A stretch of 32,000 nt of DNA, from contig NZ_LN831024.1 of NCBI RefSeq assembly GCF_001457615.1, forward strand, positions 2,220,001-2,252,000, written 5' to 3'. How positions within the stretch are numbered: the stretch's first letter is position 1; each line of letters opens with the position of its first letter. Shown piece after piece: positions 24,118 to 32,000 of the stretch. This DNA is from Pseudomonas aeruginosa (GTDB taxonomy: Bacteria; Pseudomonadota; Gammaproteobacteria; Pseudomonadales; Pseudomonadaceae). The notes below the pieces were generated by a model, which saw only the letters and a list, made by a program, of their open reading frames with translations, was not told where the DNA came from and ran no database searches. The position numbers were made by a program, and so were the translations under genes.

Positions 24118-24878
24118 ACCCACAGAAGCATTCCGCGAGCGTCGCCGAAGAGCAGATGCTGGCGCATTTCCGCGCCCACGCGCCGCAGCAGCCGGCGCCG
24201 GCGCTGGACCAGGCGATCCTCGCCGCCGCGCGACGCCAGGCGGCGCATGTCGAACCCGCCCGGTCCTGGTGGCGGCGCTGGCTGGAAGCCTCCCGCAGGC
24301 CGCGTTGGCAGGCGGCTTTCGCCAGCCTGCTGGGCGTGGCGCTGGTGCTGGGGCTGGTCAGCCACAACGTGCTGGACGACGCCGAGCGCCAGGCCCGCCC
24401 CGAAGTGGCGTTCAGCGATGTGCCCCTGCGCGACGGAGTCGCCGGGGCCGCTGCGGCAAAGCGGGCCATGCGCGCGCCGGCGGCGCCGGCTCCGCTGTCC
24501 AGCGAGATGTCGGAGCCCCCGGCCTTGCTGGCCAGCTACGCATCGTCCGGGGAGGCGCCGCAACTGATGGCCGAGGCCGCGCCGCCGGCTCCGGCTGCCC
24601 TGGCCGACCGACCGCCGGCCCAGGCCGCGCAGCAGGCGAAGGTCCAGGCGGCGCTGGCCGGCGACTTCGTCGCCCAGGCCAGGGGCAAGGCGGTTGCGGT
24701 GAAGCCGGAGGTGCTCGACGAGGCGCTCGGGGCGGTCCTTGCCCTGCGTGAGCAGGGCAAGACGGAGCAGGCCGCGACCCAGTTGGCCGAGCTGCAGAAA
24801 CGTTTCCCCGGAGAGAACCTGGTGGAACGACTGGAACGCCTCGCGACGATAGCCGCGAGCGCCAGGAAACGGCCGTGA
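24114..24878 (+). CDS. sbrR: Membrane-spanning anti-sigma factor
   Basis: 254 aa. ATGA overlap with the sigma-factor gene. Short cytoplasmic N-terminus, a single TM segment (AAFASLLGVALVLGLVSH) and an Ala/Pro-rich periplasmic region. Confidence 0.8.
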   Translation: MNPQKHSASVAEEQMLAHFRAHAPQQPAPALDQAILAAARRQAAHVEPARSWWRRWLEASRRPRWQAAFASLLGVALVLGLVSHNVLDDAERQARPEVAFSDVPLRDGVAGAAAAKRAMRAPAAPAPLSSEMSEPPALLASYASSGEAPQLMAEAAPPAPAALADRPPAQAAQQAKVQAALAGDFVAQARGKAVAVKPEVLDEALGAVLALREQGKTEQAATQLAELQKRFPGENLVERLERLATIAASARKRP

Positions 24879-24886
24879 CGACCATG

Positions 24887-24915
24887 GCCCGCGACGCGGC
24901 GGCGGCGTCGCGGGC
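24887..24915 (+). terminator. Perfect 11-bp stem hairpin after the anti-sigma gene (terminator-like, no U tract)
   Basis: GCCCGCGACGC (24887-24897), loop GGCGGCG, GCGTCGCGGGC (24905-24915). Confidence 0.45.
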
Positions 24916-25055
24916 TGACATCAAGCGGTTATCCGCGCATGACAGGTTAGACATGGGGCGAACAACAGAGAGAGTGCCAGGATGACGATAGTGACCCCTT
25001 GCCTTGGTTGCAGTCTGCCGTCAGCATTGCCGCAATTGGCCATACCTGCGTGACT

Positions 25056-25646
25056 ATGAAACGTCTTTGCCGAATTTGCGTCGTTGTTCTTTTCGGTTGC
25101 TTCCTGGCGGCCTGCGATGACGGCTCCAAGGCACCGGAAAAGAAAGCCCCGGAAGCACCGCCGCAGGAGCAGCGCGCCCCTGCCAAGCCAGTGAAGCCTG
25201 CACGAGCGGAGCCAGCGCCTGCCGTGCCTGCCGCGCCGAAAACAGCTTCGAAGAAGGTCGCGCCAGCCGCGGAGCAGGTTGCCGAACCCAAGCCGCCGGC
25301 CAAGCCGAAGCCTGCGGCTGCGCCGCCGAAGCCGGCCAGCAGGCCGGTCGCCAAGGACAAGCCGGCGCCGGCGAAGCGCGCTTCCACCGCTCGTCTCGAC
25401 CCCGAGGTACGCAAGCCGCTGCCGAGCGCCAAGCTGGACCTGCGCCTGCCGAAGGAACTGGTGCAGAAGATGGCGCCGCCCGGCACGGAAGAGACCCATA
25501 AGCCCAAGCCGCTGTTGCCGCCGATGTTCGAGGAAAAGGACGACAGCGACTTCCGCCTCAACGGCCAGTTGCTCTATCGCGACCGCGAACTGGGCGTGTC
25601 GCGGCCCCTGGAAGGGGCCGAGTTGCAGTTCGAGTTCCGCCAGTAG
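25056..25646 (+). CDS. Lipoprotein with a long Pro/Ala/Lys-rich linker and a small C-terminal domain
   Basis: Track ORF trimmed to the ATG at 25056 (MKRLCRICVVVLFGCFLAAC, lipobox LAAC). About 110 aa of low-complexity sequence (PAKPVKPA, KPPAKPKPAAAPPKPASRP), then a roughly 70-aa tail ending ...EGAELQFEFRQ. Confidence 0.7.
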   Translation: MKRLCRICVVVLFGCFLAACDDGSKAPEKKAPEAPPQEQRAPAKPVKPARAEPAPAVPAAPKTASKKVAPAAEQVAEPKPPAKPKPAAAPPKPASRPVAKDKPAPAKRASTARLDPEVRKPLPSAKLDLRLPKELVQKMAPPGTEETHKPKPLLPPMFEEKDDSDFRLNGQLLYRDRELGVSRPLEGAELQFEFRQ

Positions 25647-25659
25647 GCCGCCACGGTGC

Positions 25660-27486
25660 TCAGAAGCGGTAGCGCTGCTCCTGCAACGCCTGGTACAGCT
25701 CCGCGTCCAGCGGCTGGTAGCCGGCGCTGCCGGGCAACCTGACGAAGAGTTTGTCGCTGACCCGCGCGGGATCGTAGGCGTCGCGCTTGAGGTCGGTCTT
25801 CTTGTACTTGAAGGTGCCGGTGGTCTCGACTTCGCGCAGCAGGCGCAGGAACACCGGTGTGGCATAGGCCGGCAACTCGCGGTCGAGGTGCGCGGCGAGA
25901 GCGTCGCGGTCCAGTTCGACGCCATCGGCCAGGCGCAGCGCGGCCATCCCGCAGCGGCCGTTGGTGCCGGGAATCTCCACGCCGTAGACCACCGCATCCT
26001 CGACCCCGTCGAAGGCGCCGAGGGCGTTTTCCACCTCGGTGGTGGAAACGTTCTCGCCCTTCCAGCGGAAGGTGTCGCCGAGACGGTCGACGAACTGGGT
26101 GTGCTTGAAACCGATGTCGCGCATCAGGTCGCCGGTGTTGAACCAGGCGTCGCCCTTCTTGAACACGTCGCGGAGGATCACCGCTTCGCTCTTGGCCGGA
26201 TCGGTGTAGCCGTCGAACGGCCACTTCGCACTGATCTCGCTGATCAGCAGGCCGACCTCGCCCTTGCCGACCTTCTCCATGAAGCCCTTGGCGTCGCGCA
26301 CCGGATGGTCGTTCTCCAGGTCGTAGCGGACGATGGCGTAGGTGGCTGGGGAGAAGCCCACCGTATTGTCGAAATTGAATACATTGGTGAAGCCGATGTT
26401 GCCTTCGCTGGAAGCGTAGAACTCGGTGATCCGCTGGATCTCGAAGCGTTGCTTGAACTCGGCCCAGATCGACGGGCGCAGGCCGTTGCCGATCATGCAG
26501 GTCAGGCTATTGCCGCGTTCCTCGGCGCACGGTGGCTGGTTCAGCAGGTAGCGGCAGAGCTCGCCGATGTAGCCGAAGCAGGTCGCCCGGTAGTGTTGCA
26601 CGTCCTTCCAGAAACCGCTGGCGGAGAACTTGCGGCGCAGGGCCATGGCCGCGCCGCCGGCGAGCGCCGCGCTCCAGCAGACGGTCACGGCGTTGTTGTG
26701 GTAGCAGGGCAGGGTTAGGTAGAGCACGTCGTCGCGGCCCAGGCCCAGACCGGAATGGCCGAAGCCGCCGTAGGCCTTGATCCACTTGCCGTGGCTCATG
26801 ATCGAGGCTTTCGGCAGGCCGGTGGTGCCGGAGGTGTAGATGTAGAAGCAGGAGTCCTTGAGCCGCACCCTGCCGGTGTCCTCGAGGTTCTCCGAGGTCT
26901 GTCCCTGGGCCAGGCGCATCAGGTTGCGCCAGCCCATCGGCGGCGAGCCGGGATCGCCGAGGGTGTCGCCGTCGTCGACCCAGTAGCAATGGCCGGCGTT
27001 GCCGAGCACCTCCTGGCGGACTTCCTCGAACACCTCGCGCAACTCTTCGCCGACCACGAAGTGGCCGGGCTTCACCAGGTTCAGGCTGTGCACCAGGACC
27101 TTGCCGCGCTGGGTGGTGTTGACCAGTGCGCCGATGGCGCCGAGCTTGGCCAGGGCGGCGAGGATCGCCAGCAGCTCGACGCGGTTTTCCAGCATCACCG
27201 CGACCACGCTGCCGTGGCCTACGCCCTCGGCCTTGAAGGCGCGCGCCAGGCGATTGGCCCAGCCGTTGAACAGGGCGTAGCTGATCCGCCGCTGGCCGTC
27301 GAGCACCGCCGGGTTGTCCGGGTACAGGCGTGCCGCGCGCTCCAGCGCCCAGCCCAGGGACAGGCTCTTCTCGCGGTTACGGATCGCGGTGTAGTACAGG
27401 CCGCGCAGCATGCGCGGCACGCGGCCGAAGGTGGCAGGCAGGCGGGCAACGAAACGGTTGAAAGTGATCAGGTCGGCGTGGGTCAT
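25660..27486 (-). CDS. atuH: Long/very-long-chain acyl-CoA synthetase (FATP-like), atu cluster
   Basis: 608 aa. AMP-binding motif YIYTSGTTGLPKA. Sits at the end of the atu gene order. Confidence 0.92.
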   Translation of the reverse strand: MTHADLITFNRFVARLPATFGRVPRMLRGLYYTAIRNREKSLSLGWALERAARLYPDNPAVLDGQRRISYALFNGWANRLARAFKAEGVGHGSVVAVMLENRVELLAILAALAKLGAIGALVNTTQRGKVLVHSLNLVKPGHFVVGEELREVFEEVRQEVLGNAGHCYWVDDGDTLGDPGSPPMGWRNLMRLAQGQTSENLEDTGRVRLKDSCFYIYTSGTTGLPKASIMSHGKWIKAYGGFGHSGLGLGRDDVLYLTLPCYHNNAVTVCWSAALAGGAAMALRRKFSASGFWKDVQHYRATCFGYIGELCRYLLNQPPCAEERGNSLTCMIGNGLRPSIWAEFKQRFEIQRITEFYASSEGNIGFTNVFNFDNTVGFSPATYAIVRYDLENDHPVRDAKGFMEKVGKGEVGLLISEISAKWPFDGYTDPAKSEAVILRDVFKKGDAWFNTGDLMRDIGFKHTQFVDRLGDTFRWKGENVSTTEVENALGAFDGVEDAVVYGVEIPGTNGRCGMAALRLADGVELDRDALAAHLDRELPAYATPVFLRLLREVETTGTFKYKKTDLKRDAYDPARVSDKLFVRLPGSAGYQPLDAELYQALQEQRYRF

Positions 27487-27647
27487 GGCTCTCGCGCTTG
27501 TCGTTGTTGTGCGGGGCGTAGGACGCTCCCGCGACTCTAGACCGCAGCCGCCGCCTCGGCTATGACCGTTGCGCGGTCGCCCCGGGGCACTTCGGCAAAT
27601 AGCCCGGAAGCCCGCCGCAGAGCGCCGCGCGCCTTTCGTCGGAGACC

Positions 27648-28472
27648 TCAGTCGAGGAACAGGTCGGGCACCAGCGCGCCACCCTCCGGGTCGTAGCGGT
27701 ACTGCTCGAAATCGCTCTGGCCGCGCTCGCGCAGCAATTCCTCGTCGACCAGCAGGCGCCCGCTGAGGCTGCGCCCCTCGCTGGTGAGAATGGCGTGCGC
27801 GGCGTCGGCCATGATCGCCGGGGTGCGCGCGCGGCGGAAGGCGTCACGGCTGCCCAGCTCGAACTCGATGGCGGCGGTGGCGATCATGGTCTTCGGCCAC
27901 AGCGCGTTGACGCTGATGGCGTATTTCCCGAACTCCTCGTGCATCCCCAGGGTAAGCATGCTCATGCCGTACTTGGTGACCGTGTAGGGGCCGTGCTGGG
28001 CGAACCACCTGCCGGCCAGGTTGATCGGCGGCGACAGGCTGAGGATGTGGCCGTTGGCGCTCCTGCGCAGGTAGGGCAGGGCGGCCTGGCTGCAGACCAG
28101 CACCGCGCGGGTGTTGATCTGGTACATCAGGTCGAAGCGCTTGGGCTCCAGCTTCTCCACCCCGACCAGGCGGATCGCCCCGGCGTTGTTGACCAGCGCG
28201 TCGATCCCGCCGAAGCGTTCGGCGGCGCGGGCCATGGCCGCCGCCACGGCCTGCTCGTCGCGCACGTCGAGTTGCAGCGGCAGGGCCTGGCCGCCGGCGG
28301 CCTCGACCTCGGCGGCGACGCTGAAGATGGTGCCTTCCAGCTTCGGATGCGGCTCGGCGCTCTTCGCCGCGATCACCAGGTTGGCGCCATCGCGCGCGGC
28401 GCGCAGGGCTATCTCCCGGCCGATGCCGCGGCTGGCGCCGGTGATGAACAGGGTCTTGCCGTGCAGTGACAT
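27648..28472 (-). CDS. atuG: Short-chain dehydrogenase, atu cluster
   Basis: 274 aa. TGASRGIG Rossmann motif and catalytic YTVTK. Confidence 0.92.
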   Translation of the reverse strand: MSLHGKTLFITGASRGIGREIALRAARDGANLVIAAKSAEPHPKLEGTIFSVAAEVEAAGGQALPLQLDVRDEQAVAAAMARAAERFGGIDALVNNAGAIRLVGVEKLEPKRFDLMYQINTRAVLVCSQAALPYLRRSANGHILSLSPPINLAGRWFAQHGPYTVTKYGMSMLTLGMHEEFGKYAISVNALWPKTMIATAAIEFELGSRDAFRRARTPAIMADAAHAILTSEGRSLSGRLLVDEELLRERGQSDFEQYRYDPEGGALVPDLFLD

Positions 28473-28523
28473 GGGCGTCTCCGTTTTCTTGTCGTTGTCG
28501 TTGCGGATGAGCGGCGGGTTGTC

Positions 28524-30509
28524 TCAGGCGTCGGCTTCCACCTCGACCAGCACCTGCCGGTTGCGCACCTGCTCGCCACGGCCGACCTGGACGCGGCGGA
28601 CCACGCCGTCGACTCCGGCCTTCAGCGGGTGTTCCATCTTCATTGCCTCCAGCACCAGCAGCAGTTGGCCCTTGCCGACCCGCTCGCCCTCGCCGACCAG
28701 CACCTCGACGATGGCGCCGTCCATCGGCGCCTTGAGCGTGCCGGAACTGGCGCCGGCCTGGGCGCTGGCGCCGGCGTGGGTGACGTCGAGCAGTTCGAGG
28801 TTGCCGCCGTGGCCGTATAGCCAGAGGCGCCCGCCGTCCAGGTGGTAGGCGTGGCGGCGGCGAATGCCGTCGAGTTCGGCGCTGGCCCAGCGTCCGTCGC
28901 AGTCGAGCAGGCGCACGGCGATCTCGCGTCGCTCCAGGCGCGCCAGCAGTCGCGGCCGGCGACCGCTTTCGAGGACGTCCAGGCCGATCTCCAGGCGCTG
29001 TTCGGCGTGCTTCAGGACGATCTTCCACGGTGCCCCGGCGGCGCTGCGCCAGCCGGCCAGGCCGGGCTGGTGCGCACTGGCCTCGGCGCCGGCCTGGTAG
29101 AGCAGGGCGGCGGCCAGGGCCAGTTCCTCGGCGCCCGGCTGGCGCGGTTGCAGGCTGGGGTCTTCGGCGAAGCGTTCGCCGATGAAGGCGGTGGTCGCCT
29201 CGCCGGCGGCGAAGTCCGGATGCGCCAGGAGGTTGGCGAGGAACCGCTGGTTGCCGTCGACCCCCAGCAGCACGCAGCGCTCCAGCGCGCGGATCAGCTT
29301 GCGCCGGGCTTCGTCGCGGGTCGCCCCGTAGGCGATCAGCTTGGCCAGCATCGGGTCGTAGAAGGGCGTCACCGCCTGCCCCTCGACCAGGCCATGGTCG
29401 ATGCGTACGCCGGGCAGCAGTTCCGGGTCCCAGCGCAGCACCGTGCCGGTCTGCGGCAGGAAGCCGCGACCGGCGTCCTCGGCGTAGAGGCGGACCTCGA
29501 TGGCATGCCCGCGCAGTTCCACCTGTTCCTGCCGCAGCGGCAGCGGATGGCCCTCGGCGACGCGGATCTGCCAGGCCACCAGGTCCTGGCCGGTGACCAG
29601 TTCGGTGACCGGGTGTTCGACCTGCAGGCGGGTATTCATCTCCAGGAAGTAGAAGCGGCCATCCTCGCCGAGAAGAAACTCGACGGTGCCGGCGCCCACG
29701 TAGTTGACCGAAGCCGCGGCCTTCACCGCCGCCTCGCCCATGGCGCGACGCAGGTCGGCATCGAGCACCGGGCAGGGAGCTTCCTCGATGACCTTCTGGT
29801 GGCGGCGCTGCACCGAGCAGTCGCGTTCGCCGAGGTAGAGCAGGTTGCCGTGGCGGTCGCCGAACACCTGGATCTCCACATGGCGCGGGCGCAGCACGGC
29901 CTTCTCCAGGATCAGTTCGGCGCTGCCGAAGGCGCCCAGCGCTTCCGAGCGTGCGGTGCGCAACTGGTCCAGCAGTTGGTCGGGTTCCTCCACCAGGCGC
30001 ATGCCGCGGCCGCCGCCGCCGGCGCTGGCCTTGATCATCAGTGGGTAGCCGATGCGTTCGGCCTCGCGCCGCAGGGTCGCGTCGTCCTGTTCGGCGCCTT
30101 CGTAGCCGGGGATGCACGGCACCCCGGCGGCGAGCATGGCGATCTTCGACAGGCGCTTGCTGCCCATCAGGTGGATGGCTTCCGCATCCGGGCCGATGAA
30201 GACGATCCCGGCGGCTTCGCAGGCACGGGCGAATTCGGCGTTCTCGGAGAGGAAGCCGTAGCCGGGGTGGATCGCCTCGGCGCCGCTGCGACGGGCGGCG
30301 TCGAGGATCGCCTCGATATTCAGGTAGGACTGCGCCACCGCTGCCGGGCCGATGCACACGGCCTCGTCGGCCAGTTGCACATGGCGGGCCTCGGCGTCCG
30401 CCTCGCTGTACACGGCAACGCTGCGGTAGCCCAGTTCATGGGCGGTGCGCAGCACCCGGCAGGCGATTTCACCGCGGTTGGCGACGAGGATCTTGTTGAA
30501 GCTGGGCAT
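28524..30509 (-). CDS. atuF: Geranyl-CoA carboxylase alpha (biotin carboxylase plus BCCP) subunit
   Basis: 661 aa. N-terminal biotin carboxylase/ATP-grasp region (KILVANRGEIACRV...) and a C-terminal biotinyl domain with EAMKME. Confidence 0.95.
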   Translation of the reverse strand: MPSFNKILVANRGEIACRVLRTAHELGYRSVAVYSEADAEARHVQLADEAVCIGPAAVAQSYLNIEAILDAARRSGAEAIHPGYGFLSENAEFARACEAAGIVFIGPDAEAIHLMGSKRLSKIAMLAAGVPCIPGYEGAEQDDATLRREAERIGYPLMIKASAGGGGRGMRLVEEPDQLLDQLRTARSEALGAFGSAELILEKAVLRPRHVEIQVFGDRHGNLLYLGERDCSVQRRHQKVIEEAPCPVLDADLRRAMGEAAVKAAASVNYVGAGTVEFLLGEDGRFYFLEMNTRLQVEHPVTELVTGQDLVAWQIRVAEGHPLPLRQEQVELRGHAIEVRLYAEDAGRGFLPQTGTVLRWDPELLPGVRIDHGLVEGQAVTPFYDPMLAKLIAYGATRDEARRKLIRALERCVLLGVDGNQRFLANLLAHPDFAAGEATTAFIGERFAEDPSLQPRQPGAEELALAAALLYQAGAEASAHQPGLAGWRSAAGAPWKIVLKHAEQRLEIGLDVLESGRRPRLLARLERREIAVRLLDCDGRWASAELDGIRRRHAYHLDGGRLWLYGHGGNLELLDVTHAGASAQAGASSGTLKAPMDGAIVEVLVGEGERVGKGQLLLVLEAMKMEHPLKAGVDGVVRRVQVGRGEQVRNRQVLVEVEADA

Positions 30510-30554
30510 GTCGTTCGGCTCCTGGAGGCTGTTGCCCTGTTTCGCGGTCGTGGC

Positions 30555-31349
30555 TCACTGGGCCCAGACCGGCTTGCGTTTCTGTACGAAGGCCAGGGTG
30601 CCTTCACTGCCTTCGGCGCCGCCCACCGCTTCGGCGAACTGTCGCGCCGCATCGTCCAGCAGGGCGCCGAGTTCGCCGCTTTCGCTGGCCAGCAGCAGGG
30701 CCTTGGTGGCGGCGTTGGCGTTCGGCGCGCAGCGGCGCAGTTGCTCGAGGGTTTCCTCCAGGCGCTGTTCGAGGGCATCGGCGTCGGCCTCGCAGAAATG
30801 CACCAGGCCCAGGCGCAGCGCCTCGCGGCCGTCGAAGCGGGCGGCGGTGAGGGCCAGGCGGCGGGCCTGGGTCAGGCCGATGCGGCGGACCACGAAAGGC
30901 GCGATCTGCGCCGGGAGAATGCCGAGGCTGGTTTCCGGCAGGCCGAACTGCGCATCGGCGGCGGCGATCGCTACGTCCGACACGCAGGCCAGGCCGAAAC
31001 CGCCGCCGAGCACCGCGCCTTCCACCAGCGCCACCAGCAGTTGCGGGGCGGCCTGGGCTTCCTCCAGCAGGCTGCCGAAGGCGCGGTTCAGCGTGCGGTA
31101 GGCTTCCGCCCCGGCGGCGCGGGCACCGGCCATGTCCTTGATGTCGCCGCCGGCGCAGAAGTGCCCGCCGGCGCCGCGCAGCACCAGCGCCCGCACGCTA
31201 CGGTCGTCGCGCACGGCGGCGAGCACCGCGCGCAGTTCGCCGACCATCGCCAGGCTCATGGCGTTGCGGCTTTGCGGGCGGTTCAGGGTGATCCGCAGGA
31301 CGCCCTCGATGGGTTCCAGCAGCAGGGTCTCGCAATGCGGCAGGCTCAT
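30555..31349 (-). CDS. atuE: Isohexenylglutaconyl-CoA hydratase (crotonase family)
   Basis: Track ORF 30555..31739 trimmed to the ATG at 31347-31349 (MSLPHCETLLLEPIEGVLRITLNRP...), with AGGAGG upstream. Crotonase motif GHFCAGGDIKDM. 264 aa. Confidence 0.9.
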   Translation of the reverse strand: MSLPHCETLLLEPIEGVLRITLNRPQSRNAMSLAMVGELRAVLAAVRDDRSVRALVLRGAGGHFCAGGDIKDMAGARAAGAEAYRTLNRAFGSLLEEAQAAPQLLVALVEGAVLGGGFGLACVSDVAIAAADAQFGLPETSLGILPAQIAPFVVRRIGLTQARRLALTAARFDGREALRLGLVHFCEADADALEQRLEETLEQLRRCAPNANAATKALLLASESGELGALLDDAARQFAEAVGGAEGSEGTLAFVQKRKPVWAQ

Positions 31350-31369
31350 GCCGGTTTCCTCCTGGAACG

Positions 31370-32000
31370 TCAGCCTTTCTTCTTGCCCGGCAGGATGCCC
31401 ATCAGCTTGCAGATGATGCCGAGCATGATCTCGTCGGCACCGCCGCCGATGGATACCAGGCGGGTGTCGCGGTAGGCGCGGGAGACCGGGTTGTCCCACA
31501 TGAAGCCCATGCCGCCCCAGTACTGCAGGCAGGCGTCGCTGACCTCGCGGCCGAGGCGGCCGGCCTTGAGCTTGGCCATGGAAGCCAGGCGCGTCACGTC
31601 CCTGCCTTTCACGTACAGCTCGGTGGCCTGGTAGACCAGGGCGCGCAGCGCCTCGACCTCGGTCATCATCTCGGCCATGCGGAAGTGGATGACCTGGTTG
31701 TCGATCAGCGGCTGGCCGAAGGTCCTGCGCTCCTTGCAATACTCGATGGTGACGTCGATGCAGTGCTCCAGGCCCTTGATCATGTTGGCCGCGCCGAACA
31801 GCCGTTCTTCCTGGAACTGCAGCATCTGCATCATGAAGCCGGCGCCCTCCGCGCCGATGCGGTTGCGCTGCGGTACGCGGACGTTATCGAAGAACACCTG
31901 GGCGGTCTCCGAACTGCGCATGCCGAGCTTGTCCAGGTGCGGACTGAGGGTAATGCCCGGGGTCTTCATCGGGACCACGATCAGCGACTTGTTGACGTGC
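31370..32000 (-). CDS. atuD: Citronellyl-CoA dehydrogenase (acyl-CoA dehydrogenase), C-terminal part; 5' end lies off the right edge
   Basis: The reading frame stays open to the window edge. ACAD middle and C-terminal domains (...GMRSSETAQVFFDNVRVP...YRDTRLVSIGGGADEIM...). Confidence 0.9.
   Translation of the reverse strand, partial: HVNKSLIVVPMKTPGITLSPHLDKLGMRSSETAQVFFDNVRVPQRNRIGAEGAGFMMQMLQFQEERLFGAANMIKGLEHCIDVTIEYCKERRTFGQPLIDNQVIHFRMAEMMTEVEALRALVYQATELYVKGRDVTRLASMAKLKAGRLGREVSDACLQYWGGMGFMWDNPVSRAYRDTRLVSIGGGADEIMLGIICKLMGILPGKKKG

Noticed and set aside
28842-31475. 877-aa plus-strand ORF, and the 837-aa minus-strand ORF 27844..30357, across atuG/atuF/atuE
   Set aside because: Antisense or alternate frame to genes with clear carboxylase, crotonase and SDR motifs. 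The composition (runs of R, G, A, P) and absence of motifs indicate GC-driven spurious ORFs.
1-32000. Genomic island, prophage, defence system or CRISPR content
   Set aside because: I recognised no integrase, transposase, tRNA attachment site, direct-repeat array, nuclease/helicase/ATPase defence-type gene or large compositional break. All genes fit a contiguous housekeeping or accessory-metabolism layout.

Overview
Very GC-rich gamma-proteobacterial chromosome segment. From memory, the protein sequences and gene order match Pseudomonas aeruginosa PAO1 PA2920 down to PA2889, read in reverse orientation. I saw no tRNA, rRNA, CRISPR array, IS element, integrase or phage gene, so this looks like core genome. 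Left to right: MCP 3' fragment, small membrane protein, SDR, AraC regulator, LysE exporter and an MBL-fold (persulfide-dioxygenase-like) hydrolase. Next, on the minus strand, is a TonB-dependent receptor plus ABC importer operon (ATPase, binding protein, permease) with 4-nt ATGA overlaps. A 636-bp divergent intergenic region follows. It holds a cobalamin riboswitch (minus strand), a near-consensus Zur-type palindrome and a yybP-ykoY-type Mn riboswitch (plus strand) in front of mntP. Then comes the aerobic cobalamin ring-synthesis cluster: cobK-cbiD-cobL on the minus strand, diverging from a second cobalamin riboswitch plus cobG-cobH-cobI-cobJ. The cbiG-cobJ fusion gene is broken here by a 1-nt deletion in a G run. 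After that: a translationally coupled three-gene envelope module (orphan solute-binding-like protein, DUF4398-like lipoprotein, OmpA-C lipoprotein), the atypical response regulator atvR (Glu at the phospho-acceptor position), a small secreted protein, a MocR/GntR regulator, the ECF sigma/anti-sigma pair sbrI-sbrR and a proline-rich lipoprotein. The window ends with the distal acyclic terpene utilisation genes atuH-G-F-E-D on the minus strand. The most interesting feature is the three-sensor (Zn, B12, Mn) intergenic hub and the two-layer control it implies for the TBDR/ABC importer. The cobJ frameshift and the uncharacterised envelope module, possibly co-transcribed with the cob genes, come next. 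Most long ORFs in the six-frame track are antisense or alternate-frame artefacts of the high GC content.
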